Sequence record: OR455461.1
DNA length: 64,000 nucleotides
Direction: 5' to 3' (one strand)
From: Staphylococcus phage AH12
The stretch's first letter is position 1. Each line of letters starts with the position of its first letter. The translations under genes and the position numbers were made by a program. Below are positions 48,732-58,205 of the stretch, piece after piece. The notes beneath the pieces are model-generated. The model did no database searches and was not told where the DNA came from. It saw only the letters and a list, made by a program, of their open reading frames with translations.

Positions 48732-50060
48732 TTATTGATTCATATAATGTTTATATTCTTCAATATATTCCATTTTTTCTTTTTCAATTATACTTCCATT
48801 TAAATTCTTAATAAATTTCTTCTTCTCTTTATTACTTAGCTTATAATTAGTTTCTATTAAATTAGACCAATGATCTTTATCAGGATTACGATCACATTGG
48901 TATTCTTTTAATAAATCAAATTTGCTATCATCAACTTCTTTTTCTTCATATTTCTTGTAAATATATTCCAATAAATCTCTCATATTGACTTTTACTTCAT
49001 CATATTCATCATCACTTAGTAAACTAATAGTCATTACTTTATCTATATTTTTAGTATATTTTAAAGATTCTTTGTTTAATATAAATTCACTTCTTTTATT
49101 AATTGCATATTCAATTCCATAATAATCTTCTTCTAGAAATTCATCATATATAAATCTCGTAATCATATTTTTATTTAAATACTCTCTACCTTTTTCATCA
49201 ATATTAACAATTTCTATTTTAGGAGTTAATATATTATTTATACAAATATCATCTTCAGAACCATAGAGATCATCTAGTCTATCTAATTCTCTCATATAAA
49301 CATTTTTATTTTCATCTATAGCAGCTAAGATTATTTTATCTAATTTTTTAGTTACTAGTATCATTATTTTACTTCCTAAAAAAGACACTATACTAATATT
49401 TTTTAAATCCTTTATTGACATAAATAATTTTTCTTTTTCTAACCTAACTAAATCATTAATGTCTTCATTTATCATAATATTAAAGCTACTATATATATCT
49501 TTTGATTTTAATGTATCTTTATAATTATTATTTATAAAGAGATTTACAAATGTATCCAATTCCATTCTTCTATCATAAAAAAGTAAACCTTTTTCTACAT
49601 TACCATTATTAAGATTAAGACTTCCTATATTGTATATTTGTACAGGGGATTTAAAGAAATCTTTACTGTCTTGTATATTAGCTTCATATAGATTGATTTT
49701 CTCTTTTAAATAAAATTCTAATTCTGGATGACTTAAAAGATAATGGAGAGAGTAATATCTCTCCTTATTATCAAAAGTATTTTTTAATTTAAAAGATTGA
49801 TTTAATATTTTAGATAATTCATTATTGTTAAAGTCTATTAATTTATCAGATTTCTTTATTACTGGGACTTTATTATAATCTTTTTTATCTATCTTTATTT
49901 TAGATTTATTAATCTTTCTTATATTACTCTTTCTTTCTTCTTTATATAATTCAATCTTATCTTTTATATAATGTATCATTATATAAATTGATATACTTAT
50001 AAACCCTAATACTGCTGCCGTTAATACAAAGTAAATTAATAAATAGAATAAACCACGCAT
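48732..50060 (-). CDS. N-terminally anchored protein, paralog of 54502-55659
   Basis: Shares ERYYSLHYLLSHPELEF and the C-terminal DKDHWSNLIETNYKLSNKEKKKFIKNL. Confidence 0.55.
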   Translation of the reverse strand: MRGLFYLLIYFVLTAAVLGFISISIYIMIHYIKDKIELYKEERKSNIRKINKSKIKIDKKDYNKVPVIKKSDKLIDFNNNELSKILNQSFKLKNTFDNKERYYSLHYLLSHPELEFYLKEKINLYEANIQDSKDFFKSPVQIYNIGSLNLNNGNVEKGLLFYDRRMELDTFVNLFINNNYKDTLKSKDIYSSFNIMINEDINDLVRLEKEKLFMSIKDLKNISIVSFLGSKIMILVTKKLDKIILAAIDENKNVYMRELDRLDDLYGSEDDICINNILTPKIEIVNIDEKGREYLNKNMITRFIYDEFLEEDYYGIEYAINKRSEFILNKESLKYTKNIDKVMTISLLSDDEYDEVKVNMRDLLEYIYKKYEEKEVDDSKFDLLKEYQCDRNPDKDHWSNLIETNYKLSNKEKKKFIKNLNGSIIEKEKMEYIEEYKHYMNQ

Positions 50061-50061
50061 A

Positions 50062-51159
50062 TTATCTCTCCGTTTCTTGCATTTCTATTCTTTCAGTATT
50101 TTGTTTAATTTCTTTAAGTTCTTCATACCCTCTTTGTCTTTCATTATAAGCTTCTTCAGACATACGTTTTAAATCTTCTGTCATCTCAATCATATTATTT
50201 TGAGTTTCTTTTAATACATCAATATCAATAAATGATTTATTAGATTCGTTAAACATTTGGATAGCATTATCTTTAAGGATATTAGAGTTACTCAATAGAA
50301 TATCAGAAGTTGCTTCTCTAATAGCTTTATTAGTCTTAATAGCTTGTTGCTGTTGAATTAAAATAACTGCTTTAGTTAATTGAGACTTCCAAATAGGAAT
50401 ACTATTTACTAATGAATTATTAATACTTTCTTTTAAGTTATGGTTAATATTTTTAACCATTTCTAATTCGTAAACATTTTGTTTTGATAGAGCTAATGAA
50501 GTTCTTAAATCGTATAAACGTTTATCTAAATTATCTAAACCTTGTTCTTTATCTGATACTAATTGAATTTGATTTTGTTTACTTTCATCGTCATTAATAT
50601 TTTTAACTTCTTCTCTATCTTGCTTGACTTCAAGTCTTAAGTCTTCTTGCTTTTGGCTAGCTGCTTCAATGTAATCATTTAAAGTTTCATAATAATCTTT
50701 ATTAGATTGAATTAATTTATCTAATGAACTATTTGAATGATCTATATAAGAGCTTCCTTCTTTTAATTGTTTCTCTATGAATACCATATTATTTGATGCT
50801 GAATCAACTTTAGATAATTCTTTACCAATTAATTTGTTCTTTTCTTTATTAAAGATACCTTTGATTTTCTCTAATATACCAGGTTTATCAACATCTGTAT
50901 TAGCATCATCAACAGCCTTCTGCGGATCATAGGAATTAAACACATCTAACATTTCTTCTAGAACTTTATTTATTTGCTCATTTGAATCATTTTCTTTAAT
51001 ACGTTTTAACACTTCATCTGATTCTTTAGAAAGTTTATTTTGAACTTCATGACCATAATTAATAATAGTACTTTTATCAAGTACATTAATCTTATCTGCT
51101 TTCTTAATTACCTCTGGTGAAATATCTTTTCTTTCTACTAATTGATTATTATTTTCCAT
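50062..51159 (-). CDS. coiled-coil hypothetical protein
   Basis: 365 aa, rich in heptad-like charged repeats. Confidence 0.5.
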   Translation of the reverse strand: MENNNQLVERKDISPEVIKKADKINVLDKSTIINYGHEVQNKLSKESDEVLKRIKENDSNEQINKVLEEMLDVFNSYDPQKAVDDANTDVDKPGILEKIKGIFNKEKNKLIGKELSKVDSASNNMVFIEKQLKEGSSYIDHSNSSLDKLIQSNKDYYETLNDYIEAASQKQEDLRLEVKQDREEVKNINDDESKQNQIQLVSDKEQGLDNLDKRLYDLRTSLALSKQNVYELEMVKNINHNLKESINNSLVNSIPIWKSQLTKAVILIQQQQAIKTNKAIREATSDILLSNSNILKDNAIQMFNESNKSFIDIDVLKETQNNMIEMTEDLKRMSEEAYNERQRGYEELKEIKQNTERIEMQETER

Positions 51160-51230
51160 ATCCTATACATCTCCTAATTTAATTATTTATTAAGTAAGTG
51201 AGTCTGATATTATTTTCAGACTCACTACAT

Positions 51231-51821
51231 TTATTTTATTTTTAATTTATTATTAGAATACTTAACAGTATCCCCTTCTTTAATTTTATCGTAATCTTTT
51301 TTAGTAACAGTTAGTAATTGTTTCTTATTATCTTTAGTTTTAATTGTTATTGTATATAACTTTTGATCTTTATTCATTTGGTTCATTAGAATTGATTTCT
51401 GTTTCTTTAAATTATTTTGATTATGAAATCCGCTAAATAATAAATAATACATCATTATATTATTCATGTAACTACTTTGCCTAAGTTGTGAATTATATGA
51501 ATTCATTTGATTATTTTTATTATACATATTATTCGGATTAGTTAAAGATGATGAACTATTTCTATTCATACTGCTGTTCAATGAACTATTTCGACTTGCA
51601 CTATTAGCACTATTTTGTGCGTTCATACTACTTTGCATAGCTGATCTACTTGCTGCTGATGAAGAACTCATACTAGAACTTGATGAAACTGATGATCGAC
51701 TTGAAACTGATGAAGAAGATGAAGAACTACTGGAAGTTGAACTTCCAATAGCTAATACATCTTGACTAGTAAATGATAATAATGTAATTATTGACACTAG
51801 GACCATAGAAAATTTTTTCAT
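51231..51821 (-). CDS. secreted serine-rich low-complexity protein
   Basis: Signal peptide, then long poly-S / S-rich tracts and a basic C-terminal domain. Confidence 0.5.
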   Translation of the reverse strand: MKKFSMVLVSIITLLSFTSQDVLAIGSSTSSSSSSSSSVSSRSSVSSSSSMSSSSAASRSAMQSSMNAQNSANSASRNSSLNSSMNRNSSSSLTNPNNMYNKNNQMNSYNSQLRQSSYMNNIMMYYLLFSGFHNQNNLKKQKSILMNQMNKDQKLYTITIKTKDNKKQLLTVTKKDYDKIKEGDTVKYSNNKLKIK

Positions 51822-52195
51822 TATTTTTCCACTTCCTCTTTACTTTCTACTTCTCCTTCAATATCTTCTTGATTATAAGTCATATATGGCTGTCTATATA
51901 CATGATATTTATTACCATCAATAACTAATTTAGGTTTTTCATCTGGATCTTTTAAGATATGTTCATATAATTCACGACTTTCAATTGATTTAGTTTTTAC
52001 TTCATTGTCCTTATTCTCGTAAGCAATTTCAGCTCTAGGATACTCACTATCTCCATTATTTAAAACCTCATAATATACTAATTTATAATTACTTTTCTCT
52101 GATTTTTCTTTACTAGGTTTTTGTTCTTCGCCGCTACATGCTGCTAAAATAACTGCTAAAAATATTGTTAGTCCTAAAATCATTAATTTCTTCAT
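51821..52195 (-). CDS. lipoprotein (lipobox LAAC)
   Basis: MKKLMILGLTIFLAVILAAC. Confidence 0.55.
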   Translation of the reverse strand: MKKLMILGLTIFLAVILAACSGEEQKPSKEKSEKSNYKLVYYEVLNNGDSEYPRAEIAYENKDNEVKTKSIESRELYEHILKDPDEKPKLVIDGNKYHVYRQPYMTYNQEDIEGEVESKEEVEK

Positions 52196-52201
52196 TTTAA
52201 T

Positions 52202-52459
52202 TTAAATCCCCTTTATCCTTTTTATTAAATCTCCAAATTCACTTATAGAATTATAAACTTTATCTCCATTCTCTTCTGTCTTCTTAGATAAATAATACTG
52301 AATGTCATTTTTATCCATTACCATATAAACTTCTAAAATTTCTTTTCTTTCATTTTTTGCTAAATTAGAGCTATCAAAATCACATCTAAATAGATAATTA
52401 CTTATGGCATTTAACTTATATACATCGACATATTTTTCTATCTGTTTTATTTCATCCAA
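52202..52459 (-). CDS. small protein, paralog of 55678-55968 and 52479-52766
   Basis: IEKYVDVYKLNAISNYLFRCDFDS resembles IEKYLDVNKLNAISNYLFECDYNS. Confidence 0.5.
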   Translation of the reverse strand: MDEIKQIEKYVDVYKLNAISNYLFRCDFDSSNLAKNERKEILEVYMVMDKNDIQYYLSKKTEENGDKVYNSISEFGDLIKRIKGI

Positions 52460-52478
52460 TGTTTTACCTACTCTCTAT

Positions 52479-52766
52479 TTAAATTTTACTTGCAAAATTC
52501 TTTAGAACTGATAAAATTGCTTCCTTGTCTACACTACTTGAATCTGATTCTTTACGTGAAATATCTTTTAAACCTTCTGCAATCTTACCTAATGATTCTT
52601 CATATCTATATTCTACATGTAATTTTTCTAATTTTAAGTATTTTTCAAATACTTCTTCTTTAGATTTTGGTTCTAAAGAATCAAAATCATCTCCTTGTAA
52701 AGATATACTTAATGCATCCAATTTTTCTTTATTAATATAATCGCTTAATTCTTTTCTCATATTCAA
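52479..52766 (-). CDS. small protein, distant member of the same family
   Basis: KLDALSISLQGDDFDS. Confidence 0.45.
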   Translation of the reverse strand: MNMRKELSDYINKEKLDALSISLQGDDFDSLEPKSKEEVFEKYLKLEKLHVEYRYEESLGKIAEGLKDISRKESDSSSVDKEAILSVLKNFASKI

Positions 52767-52799
52767 TTCATCTCCTAATATTATTTGTATTTCTTTCTT

Positions 52800-53168
52800 C
52801 TAACCATGTACTCTCCAAAATGACTCATTAATTCTTTTCCCAATAACTTCATTTAAATTAATTAAACCACTTATTAAATCTTGATCCTTAATAATATCAT
52901 ATACTGCATTAAAATCAATCGTTTCACGTTCAATTTCAGGAATAGTGATATAATCTTCTTCTTCCATCGCATTACTTTCAGTATCATAATAAAACATATC
53001 ATGACTTTCCACATTAACACTCAAATCTCTACTATTTAACTTTTCACCATCAATAAAAAGATTATAAAAAGCACTACCTGGTTCCGATGGATACCATGCT
53101 CTTTTATTCAACTCATTCAATAATTGTGCCGCTTCTTTAATTGTAAAAACTTCTCCAAATTTTTTCAT
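52800..53168 (-). CDS. hypothetical protein
   Basis: 122 aa. Confidence 0.5.
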   Translation of the reverse strand: MKKFGEVFTIKEAAQLLNELNKRAWYPSEPGSAFYNLFIDGEKLNSRDLSVNVESHDMFYYDTESNAMEEEDYITIPEIERETIDFNAVYDIIKDQDLISGLINLNEVIGKRINESFWRVHG

Positions 53169-53242
53169 ATCTAAATCATCCTTTTCATTATTTTATTTTA
53201 TCTTTCAATGTTATAATATATATTTATAACATTTTTAAGTGA

Positions 53243-53449
53243 TTAACCACCATATTGTATGTCTTCATTAACTCTACTACTAATCAAATTATCCTTCTCA
53301 TATATTAGGTAGCTAATAAAAGCAGATGCTTGTTTTACTGTCATGTTCTTAATTTGTTCCTCATTTCTATTATGCTCTAAATAACCGCCTATAGAGAATA
53401 TATGATCTTTTAACTCATTTATAAAATTAATTTGTTTTTCTGTTGGCAT
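53243..53449 (-). CDS. hypothetical protein
   Basis: 68 aa. Confidence 0.4.
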   Translation of the reverse strand: MPTEKQINFINELKDHIFSIGGYLEHNRNEEQIKNMTVKQASAFISYLIYEKDNLISSRVNEDIQYGG

Positions 53450-53463
53450 GATTATCTCCTCCT

Positions 53464-53820
53464 TTATAATTTATATAATGCCATTACTGTATTGATGGTT
53501 AATACAAATAAACTTATCATATAAATATTTTTATATAAGCTTGATACATTATTCTTATCAATTGATTTAAATAAAAAGAATATAAATGAACCACCAAAAA
53601 CTATTATTGATAATAATGAAACTCTTGGGTCAATATAGTTATTAAATAACATAATAAAGTTTGATATTAAAAGTATGAAGCTTATTGAAAATAATAGCTT
53701 CATTTGTTTGATTACTATATTCTGTTTCATATTTCCTATATTACTAAAAACAAACATTAACACCAACAAAGTATAGGTAATTAATGAAACCATTGTAATT
53801 AAATTTATAAACATATCCAT
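53464..53820 (-). CDS. membrane protein
   Basis: 118 aa with 3-4 transmembrane helices. Confidence 0.45.
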   Translation of the reverse strand: MDMFINLITMVSLITYTLLVLMFVFSNIGNMKQNIVIKQMKLLFSISFILLISNFIMLFNNYIDPRVSLLSIIVFGGSFIFFLFKSIDKNNVSSLYKNIYMISLFVLTINTVMALYKL

Positions 53821-53833
53821 TTCACTCTCCTAA

Positions 53834-54493
53834 TTAAATATTTGAATCCCAATAATAACTATTTTTAGATTTTAATAAAAAGTTATTACTTATAGAATTC
53901 CTTATATTATGTGTAATATTTTCATTTCCAACTAAAGACCATATAGTGTATATAAAAATTGATTTAAAAGTATAACCTCTATCATCTTCATTTAATATAT
54001 CTTTTTTATACTGTAATAATTCTTTAAATTCGAAATATTTATTTATAATATCATCTACACTAAATTCAGGTATATATTTACTTCCAGATACATATAGTAT
54101 TGCAGAAACTTTAATTATATATTTTTCTAAATCGGATTCTTTAATATTCTCATTTCTTATCTCATCTAACATCTCCATCAATCTCTGTTCGTACGTTAAA
54201 TGAGGTTTATGATTATTAAAACCAAAACGATTTATTTCATCATTAACTCTATTTTCTATATTATCTAGTCTTCTTTTTAGATATTTATCATTTCTATTAA
54301 TTTGTCTTCTATAATCTTCACTAAGATTAATTGATGTATGACCATAATGATTATCTCTATTATATATTCCTGAATTCATTCCATTAATAATACTATTCAT
54401 TTGTCTTTCTATATTTTCATTACTTCTATCATGTATATTATCTAAACTATTTATTAAATAATCAAAATCTTCTTGCATTCCCATATTTTTCAC
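53834..54493 (-). CDS. hypothetical protein
   Basis: 219 aa. Confidence 0.5.
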   Translation of the reverse strand: MKNMGMQEDFDYLINSLDNIHDRSNENIERQMNSIINGMNSGIYNRDNHYGHTSINLSEDYRRQINRNDKYLKRRLDNIENRVNDEINRFGFNNHKPHLTYEQRLMEMLDEIRNENIKESDLEKYIIKVSAILYVSGSKYIPEFSVDDIINKYFEFKELLQYKKDILNEDDRGYTFKSIFIYTIWSLVGNENITHNIRNSISNNFLLKSKNSYYWDSNI

Positions 54494-54501
54494 CTCTTAC
54501 T

Positions 54502-55659
54502 CTATTTGGAATATTCTTTAAATTCTTCAATATCATTTAGTCTTTTCTGTTCTACTAATTTTTTATGAAGATTTTTAATAAATTTTTTCTTCTCTTTATC
54601 ATTTAATCTATAATTAGTTTCTATCATGTTAGACCAATGATTTTTATCTAGATCTCTATCAATTCTTTTATCTTCAAGATAACTTAAATTATCATTTCTT
54701 CTTTTAATATCGGAAAGCACATATTTCAATAATCCTTCAGTGTTAAAAGAAACTTTTTCAACTTTTATATCATATAAATATAAATACAATTTTTTATCAA
54801 TAAGAGATTCATTATTTAAAGATTCATGTTTAAAGAATATTTCAGAATTTTCATCCATATGATAATATTTGTACTGTCTGCTATTAAAGAAAGCCAATTC
54901 ATTATTGGATTGGTTTATGAAAAATTCTGGGCGATATATTAATCTCATTTCATTGCCGCTATTTTCATGAAATTGTAATTCATGTTTTTTAATATAGACA
55001 TTTTGATTTTCATCCACTATAACTAATTGAATCTTCTCATTTACTTCAACTAGTCCAATTAAAATTTTAGTTCCGAGAAAAGAATACTTATACATTTTAT
55101 TAATATAGTCAGAATGAAGTTCAAAAGAAGATTTTTCTAATTTAGGTAATTCATTTATATCCCTGTCTATTAAATCTTTAAATTGTCTAATAAAATTATT
55201 ATCATCCTTTTTCATTTCATCTATATTTTTATAGAATGTATTTAATAATAATATTGGTAACATTTCAAATGACATTTCATAATCAAATAATTTACCTTTT
55301 TCAAATGGATCTATTGCAAAATGTGATGTTTGTGATGGATCTTTGTCTAATCTAGCATCAAATATTGGTATATCAATATTTCTGTTAAACTCTAATTCTG
55401 GGTGACTTAATAAATAATGTAAAGAATAATATCTTTCTTTTCCATCGAAAGCATTTTCTAATTTATATGAATGATTAAGTTTATTCATTAATCTTTCTTC
55501 ATCTAAAGTTATTAATTCTTCAGCTTCTTTAAATTTTTTATCTTCATTATTACCTATTTTTCTTTTATTTTTTCTAAAAATAATATTTGAAATTACTATT
55601 GTAGTGATTCCCCCTACAATACCAGTTCCTGAAAATGCATATAACAAAATATCAGACAT
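54502..55659 (-). CDS. N-terminally anchored protein, paralog of 48732-50060
   Basis: Shared ERYYSLHYLLSHPELEF and HWSNMIETNYRLNDKEKKKFIKNL. Confidence 0.55.
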   Translation of the reverse strand: MSDILLYAFSGTGIVGGITTIVISNIIFRKNKRKIGNNEDKKFKEAEELITLDEERLMNKLNHSYKLENAFDGKERYYSLHYLLSHPELEFNRNIDIPIFDARLDKDPSQTSHFAIDPFEKGKLFDYEMSFEMLPILLLNTFYKNIDEMKKDDNNFIRQFKDLIDRDINELPKLEKSSFELHSDYINKMYKYSFLGTKILIGLVEVNEKIQLVIVDENQNVYIKKHELQFHENSGNEMRLIYRPEFFINQSNNELAFFNSRQYKYYHMDENSEIFFKHESLNNESLIDKKLYLYLYDIKVEKVSFNTEGLLKYVLSDIKRRNDNLSYLEDKRIDRDLDKNHWSNMIETNYRLNDKEKKKFIKNLHKKLVEQKRLNDIEEFKEYSK

Positions 55660-55677
55660 ACATTTATTCCTCCTTTC

Positions 55678-55968
55678 TTAGTTGAAATGTTGATCTCTAA
55701 TTTCTTCAGCTATTTCTTTTGTTGCTTCTGAGTTTGATTTCCCTAATTCTTCTATCTTTTTAGCTAAGTAATAATTAACATCAGTTTTATCCATTTCCAT
55801 ATATAATTTTAAAATTTTTTCTCTTTCTGGAACTCCTAAATTTAAATATTCAACCTCATTTCTTTGAGTTACACTGTTATAATCACATTCAAATAAATAA
55901 TTACTTATCGCATTTAACTTGTTTACGTCTAAGTATTTTTCTATTTGACTTATTTTGTCAGAAACCAT
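55678..55968 (-). CDS. small protein, paralog of 52202-52459
   Basis: 96 aa. Confidence 0.5.
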   Translation of the reverse strand: MVSDKISQIEKYLDVNKLNAISNYLFECDYNSVTQRNEVEYLNLGVPEREKILKLYMEMDKTDVNYYLAKKIEELGKSNSEATKEIAEEIRDQHFN

Positions 55969-56076
55969 TTATTTCCCACTCCTTAAAATTTATAATTTAT
56001 TTATTTGTACAAAAAATTAAAATAATAAGGATAATGACTAAATAGTCATTATCCAAATTTTAAATATTAATTTATA

Positions 56077-56358
56077 TTATAATAATCTTCTTTCTTCCTG
56101 AATATATATTACTTTATTTCTGTTGATTGTAATTCTCTTTTCATCAACCAATTCAATCTCTATGAAGTCCTCATTCCCTTCATATAATCCATGGAAAATT
56201 CTATCAATGGAATTTGATTCACTATTCAATACATGATAAGCGTCATATCTTAAATCATTCATAGTTATGGTTTTTCCTTCTAGGTATTCACTTTCATAAA
56301 ATTCAATTTTTTCTCCATTTTCAAGTGCCATAATATAAACTTTAACTTTAGTTTTCAT
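56077..56358 (-). CDS. hypothetical protein
   Basis: 93 aa. Confidence 0.45.
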   Translation of the reverse strand: MKTKVKVYIMALENGEKIEFYESEYLEGKTITMNDLRYDAYHVLNSESNSIDRIFHGLYEGNEDFIEIELVDEKRITINRNKVIYIQEERRLL

Positions 56359-56374
56359 AATTAATTCTCCTATT

Positions 56375-56722
56375 CTATATTTGATTATTTTGTTTTAAAT
56401 GAGGTATTAAATCATCATATACATAATTATCTACTCTAATTCCAAAATCCTCAGATGAATCTGTTACCAATATATTATTGAATGTGAATTCATCTTCAAA
56501 TAATAAAGATTTATCAGAAGTATCAATTCTAAATATTCCCTTTATATTGACTGTGTTGTTATAGTTATTTTCATATTCTATGTCTTCGAAAACTAAATAA
56601 ACGTTCTCATCATATTTCTCGCTGTATACTTTCCAAAATCTGTATAAAGATGATTCAATATCCACTCTACCCAATATTTCATTTATAGAATTTAACTCTG
56701 CTTTTTCATAATCTTTACTCAT
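56375..56722 (-). CDS. hypothetical protein
   Basis: 115 aa. Confidence 0.45.
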   Translation of the reverse strand: MSKDYEKAELNSINEILGRVDIESSLYRFWKVYSEKYDENVYLVFEDIEYENNYNNTVNIKGIFRIDTSDKSLLFEDEFTFNNILVTDSSEDFGIRVDNYVYDDLIPHLKQNNQI

Positions 56723-56807
56723 ATCTAATTCACTCTCCTATTTAAAATAATAATAATAGATAATAACTTTTTTAATTATTATCTATTATTTAGTTCATTG
56801 AAATCAT

Positions 56808-57098
56808 TTATCTAATGACTTCTTTAATTTCTTGTAATGCATAATATCCTGGGTTAAATACATGCATTAATCCATATCCAAATAAAGCTAAATCAATTCC
56901 AATAACTAAAATAACGATCAATACAATGATAGGTGATAAGTTACCCATGACATTTAATTTTTTAAATGCATAATACAAAATAGCAAATACGATTAAACTT
57001 AATAAAACTAAACCTAATCCTACGAAAACTTGATGTGTTACTAATGCACTCCAACTTGTACCTGCTGCCTTTTCTACTGAACTTGTTAATTCTTTCAT
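56808..57098 (-). CDS. membrane protein (2 transmembrane helices)
   Basis: 96 aa. Confidence 0.45.
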   Translation of the reverse strand: MKELTSSVEKAAGTSWSALVTHQVFVGLGLVLLSLIVFAILYYAFKKLNVMGNLSPIIVLIVILVIGIDLALFGYGLMHVFNPGYYALQEIKEVIR

Positions 57099-57233
57099 AT
57101 CTATTACCTCCTGTTTTTTATTAGAAAGATAATGATTGATATTATCATCATCTCATTATAATAATATATGCTTAAAATACATTTAATTTCAATATAATAG
57201 AGGTAATGACAAGTTAATGTCATTACCTCTTTA

Positions 57234-57384
57234 TTCACCTTAGTAAGTAAAATACTATTACTATAACTAAAATTGCAACTACAATTCCAGACCATCCCAC
57301 AGGTGGTATTATTGCTAATGGTCCACGGAATATAATACCTAGTATTAATAAAATTACTAGTATAGCTATTAACCAAGTAATCAT
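57234..57384 (-). CDS. very small membrane protein (49 aa, missing from the ORF track)
   Basis: MITWLIAILVILLILGIIFRGPLAIIPPVGWSGIVVAILVIVIVFYLLR read from the sequence. Follows a GGTAATGAC-type hairpin. Confidence 0.3.
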
Positions 57385-57450
57385 ATAGTTACTCCTTTCT
57401 TAATCTCCATATATTATGAGATATAAGGATAAAAGGTTGTTTTATAATTA

Positions 57451-57750
57451 TTATTCTTCTTGATCATAATCAGTTCTAGTATCTTTAAGTAAATCTGAAT
57501 CTATACCAGCACCTAATAAATAATAGTAAGTGGTATTCAAAGTAGTTTTATCAGAAAGATCGTCTGGTAAATCTTCTAGACGAGTATAACCATACATTGA
57601 AATGTTTTTATTCATTTCCTGTTTAGCATTCATAGAGTCTGAACGAGGACCCATTAATTCTCTTAATATATCTTGAGACCCAATTGCTCTTAATGCTGAA
57701 GCTTCCATATTTGATACAGAAGCTACCTTGTCCGCACCTGAGAGTTGCGA
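57451..57750 (-). CDS. RNA polymerase beta C-terminal gene #2, terminal exon (starts ..QLSGADKVASVSNMEASALRAIGSQDILRELMGPRSDS)
   Basis: The frame is open upstream of the Met. QLSGADKVASVSNMEASALRAIG..LRELMGPRSDSMNAKQEMNKNI aligns to [48 protein letters not shown]. Confidence 0.6.
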   Translation of the reverse strand, partial: SQLSGADKVASVSNMEASALRAIGSQDILRELMGPRSDSMNAKQEMNKNISMYGYTRLEDLPDDLSDKTTLNTTYYYLLGAGIDSDLLKDTRTDYDQEE

Positions 57751-57897
57751 TTATCCTATATATTTCTATATAAGTCAGACTATATCTTATACTCTTTATG
57801 AGTACCATTATATTTAGTCGTTGAACAATCAATTTGATTGATGCTGATTAACTTTAATTTTCTCAGCAATTAATAATATTATCATTATCATATTACT
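57751..57897 (-). ncRNA. ultra-compact group I intron (beta #2, core 57777-57880)
   Basis: P/Q/R/S core. P9 hairpin TATATAGAAATATATA with a GAAA tetraloop. The element ends ...GGATAATCG before the exon. Confidence 0.5.
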
Positions 57898-58020
57898 ATA
57901 ATAAGCGGCCAAAATTTTTTCATTAAAACCGGTTTTCATTGATCTCGAGGAAGCGTCTAGACTGTATGCGTTTTTCTTTGAGAGGAGCTGCTGTACAATA
58001 ACTTCATACACTATTTTTAA
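57898..58020 (-). CDS. RNA polymerase beta gene #2, internal mini-exon (~120 nt; ..LKIVYEVIVQQLLSKKNAYSLDASSRSMKTGFNEKIL..)
   Basis: Locally G+C-richer island flanked by intron cores. SRSMKTG aligns to ARSTG. The ORF-track entry 57829-58011 reads through into the intron. Boundaries approximate. Confidence 0.4.
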
Positions 58021-58161
58021 TTAGTGTTTAGACTATATATTCATCCTATTAGGAGTTTTAATTTTAGTCGTTGAACTTTATTAAGATTATTCACTTAATA
58101 TTAGATGCTGATTAGCTTCATAAACTTTCCCAGCAATTTAAAAAATTTTACATATACATTA
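58021..58161 (-). ncRNA. ultra-compact group I intron (beta #2, core 58030-58140)
   Basis: P/Q/R/S core. P has TTGCTGGG, which gives a G-U wobble with Q, a change tolerated only at the RNA level. Confidence 0.45.
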
Positions 58162-58205
58162 CTGCATAAGGAGGCTACAACAGTATTTAACCTCTTAACA
58201 TGTAA
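58162..58205 (-). CDS. proposed micro-exon (..HVKRLNTVVASL..) of beta #2
   Basis: Inference. HVKRLNTVV aligns to MLKLNHLVD of bacterial beta. A G+C-richer island between two intron cores. Confidence 0.3.

Noticed and set aside
57104-57832. ORF-track entries 57104-57376 and 57623-57832.
   Set aside because: 57104-57376 has an implausible composition and overlaps the better small membrane ORF at 57234-57384. 57623-57832 is an out-of-frame read across the beta #2 terminal exon and the intron.
57900-58000. The G+C-richer island GGCCAAAATTTTTTCATTAAAACCGGTTTTCATTGATCTCGAGGAAGCG considered as a tRNA or small RNA.
   Set aside because: No cloverleaf and no T-loop consensus. Its minus-strand translation continues the RNAP beta alignment, so it is a coding mini-exon.
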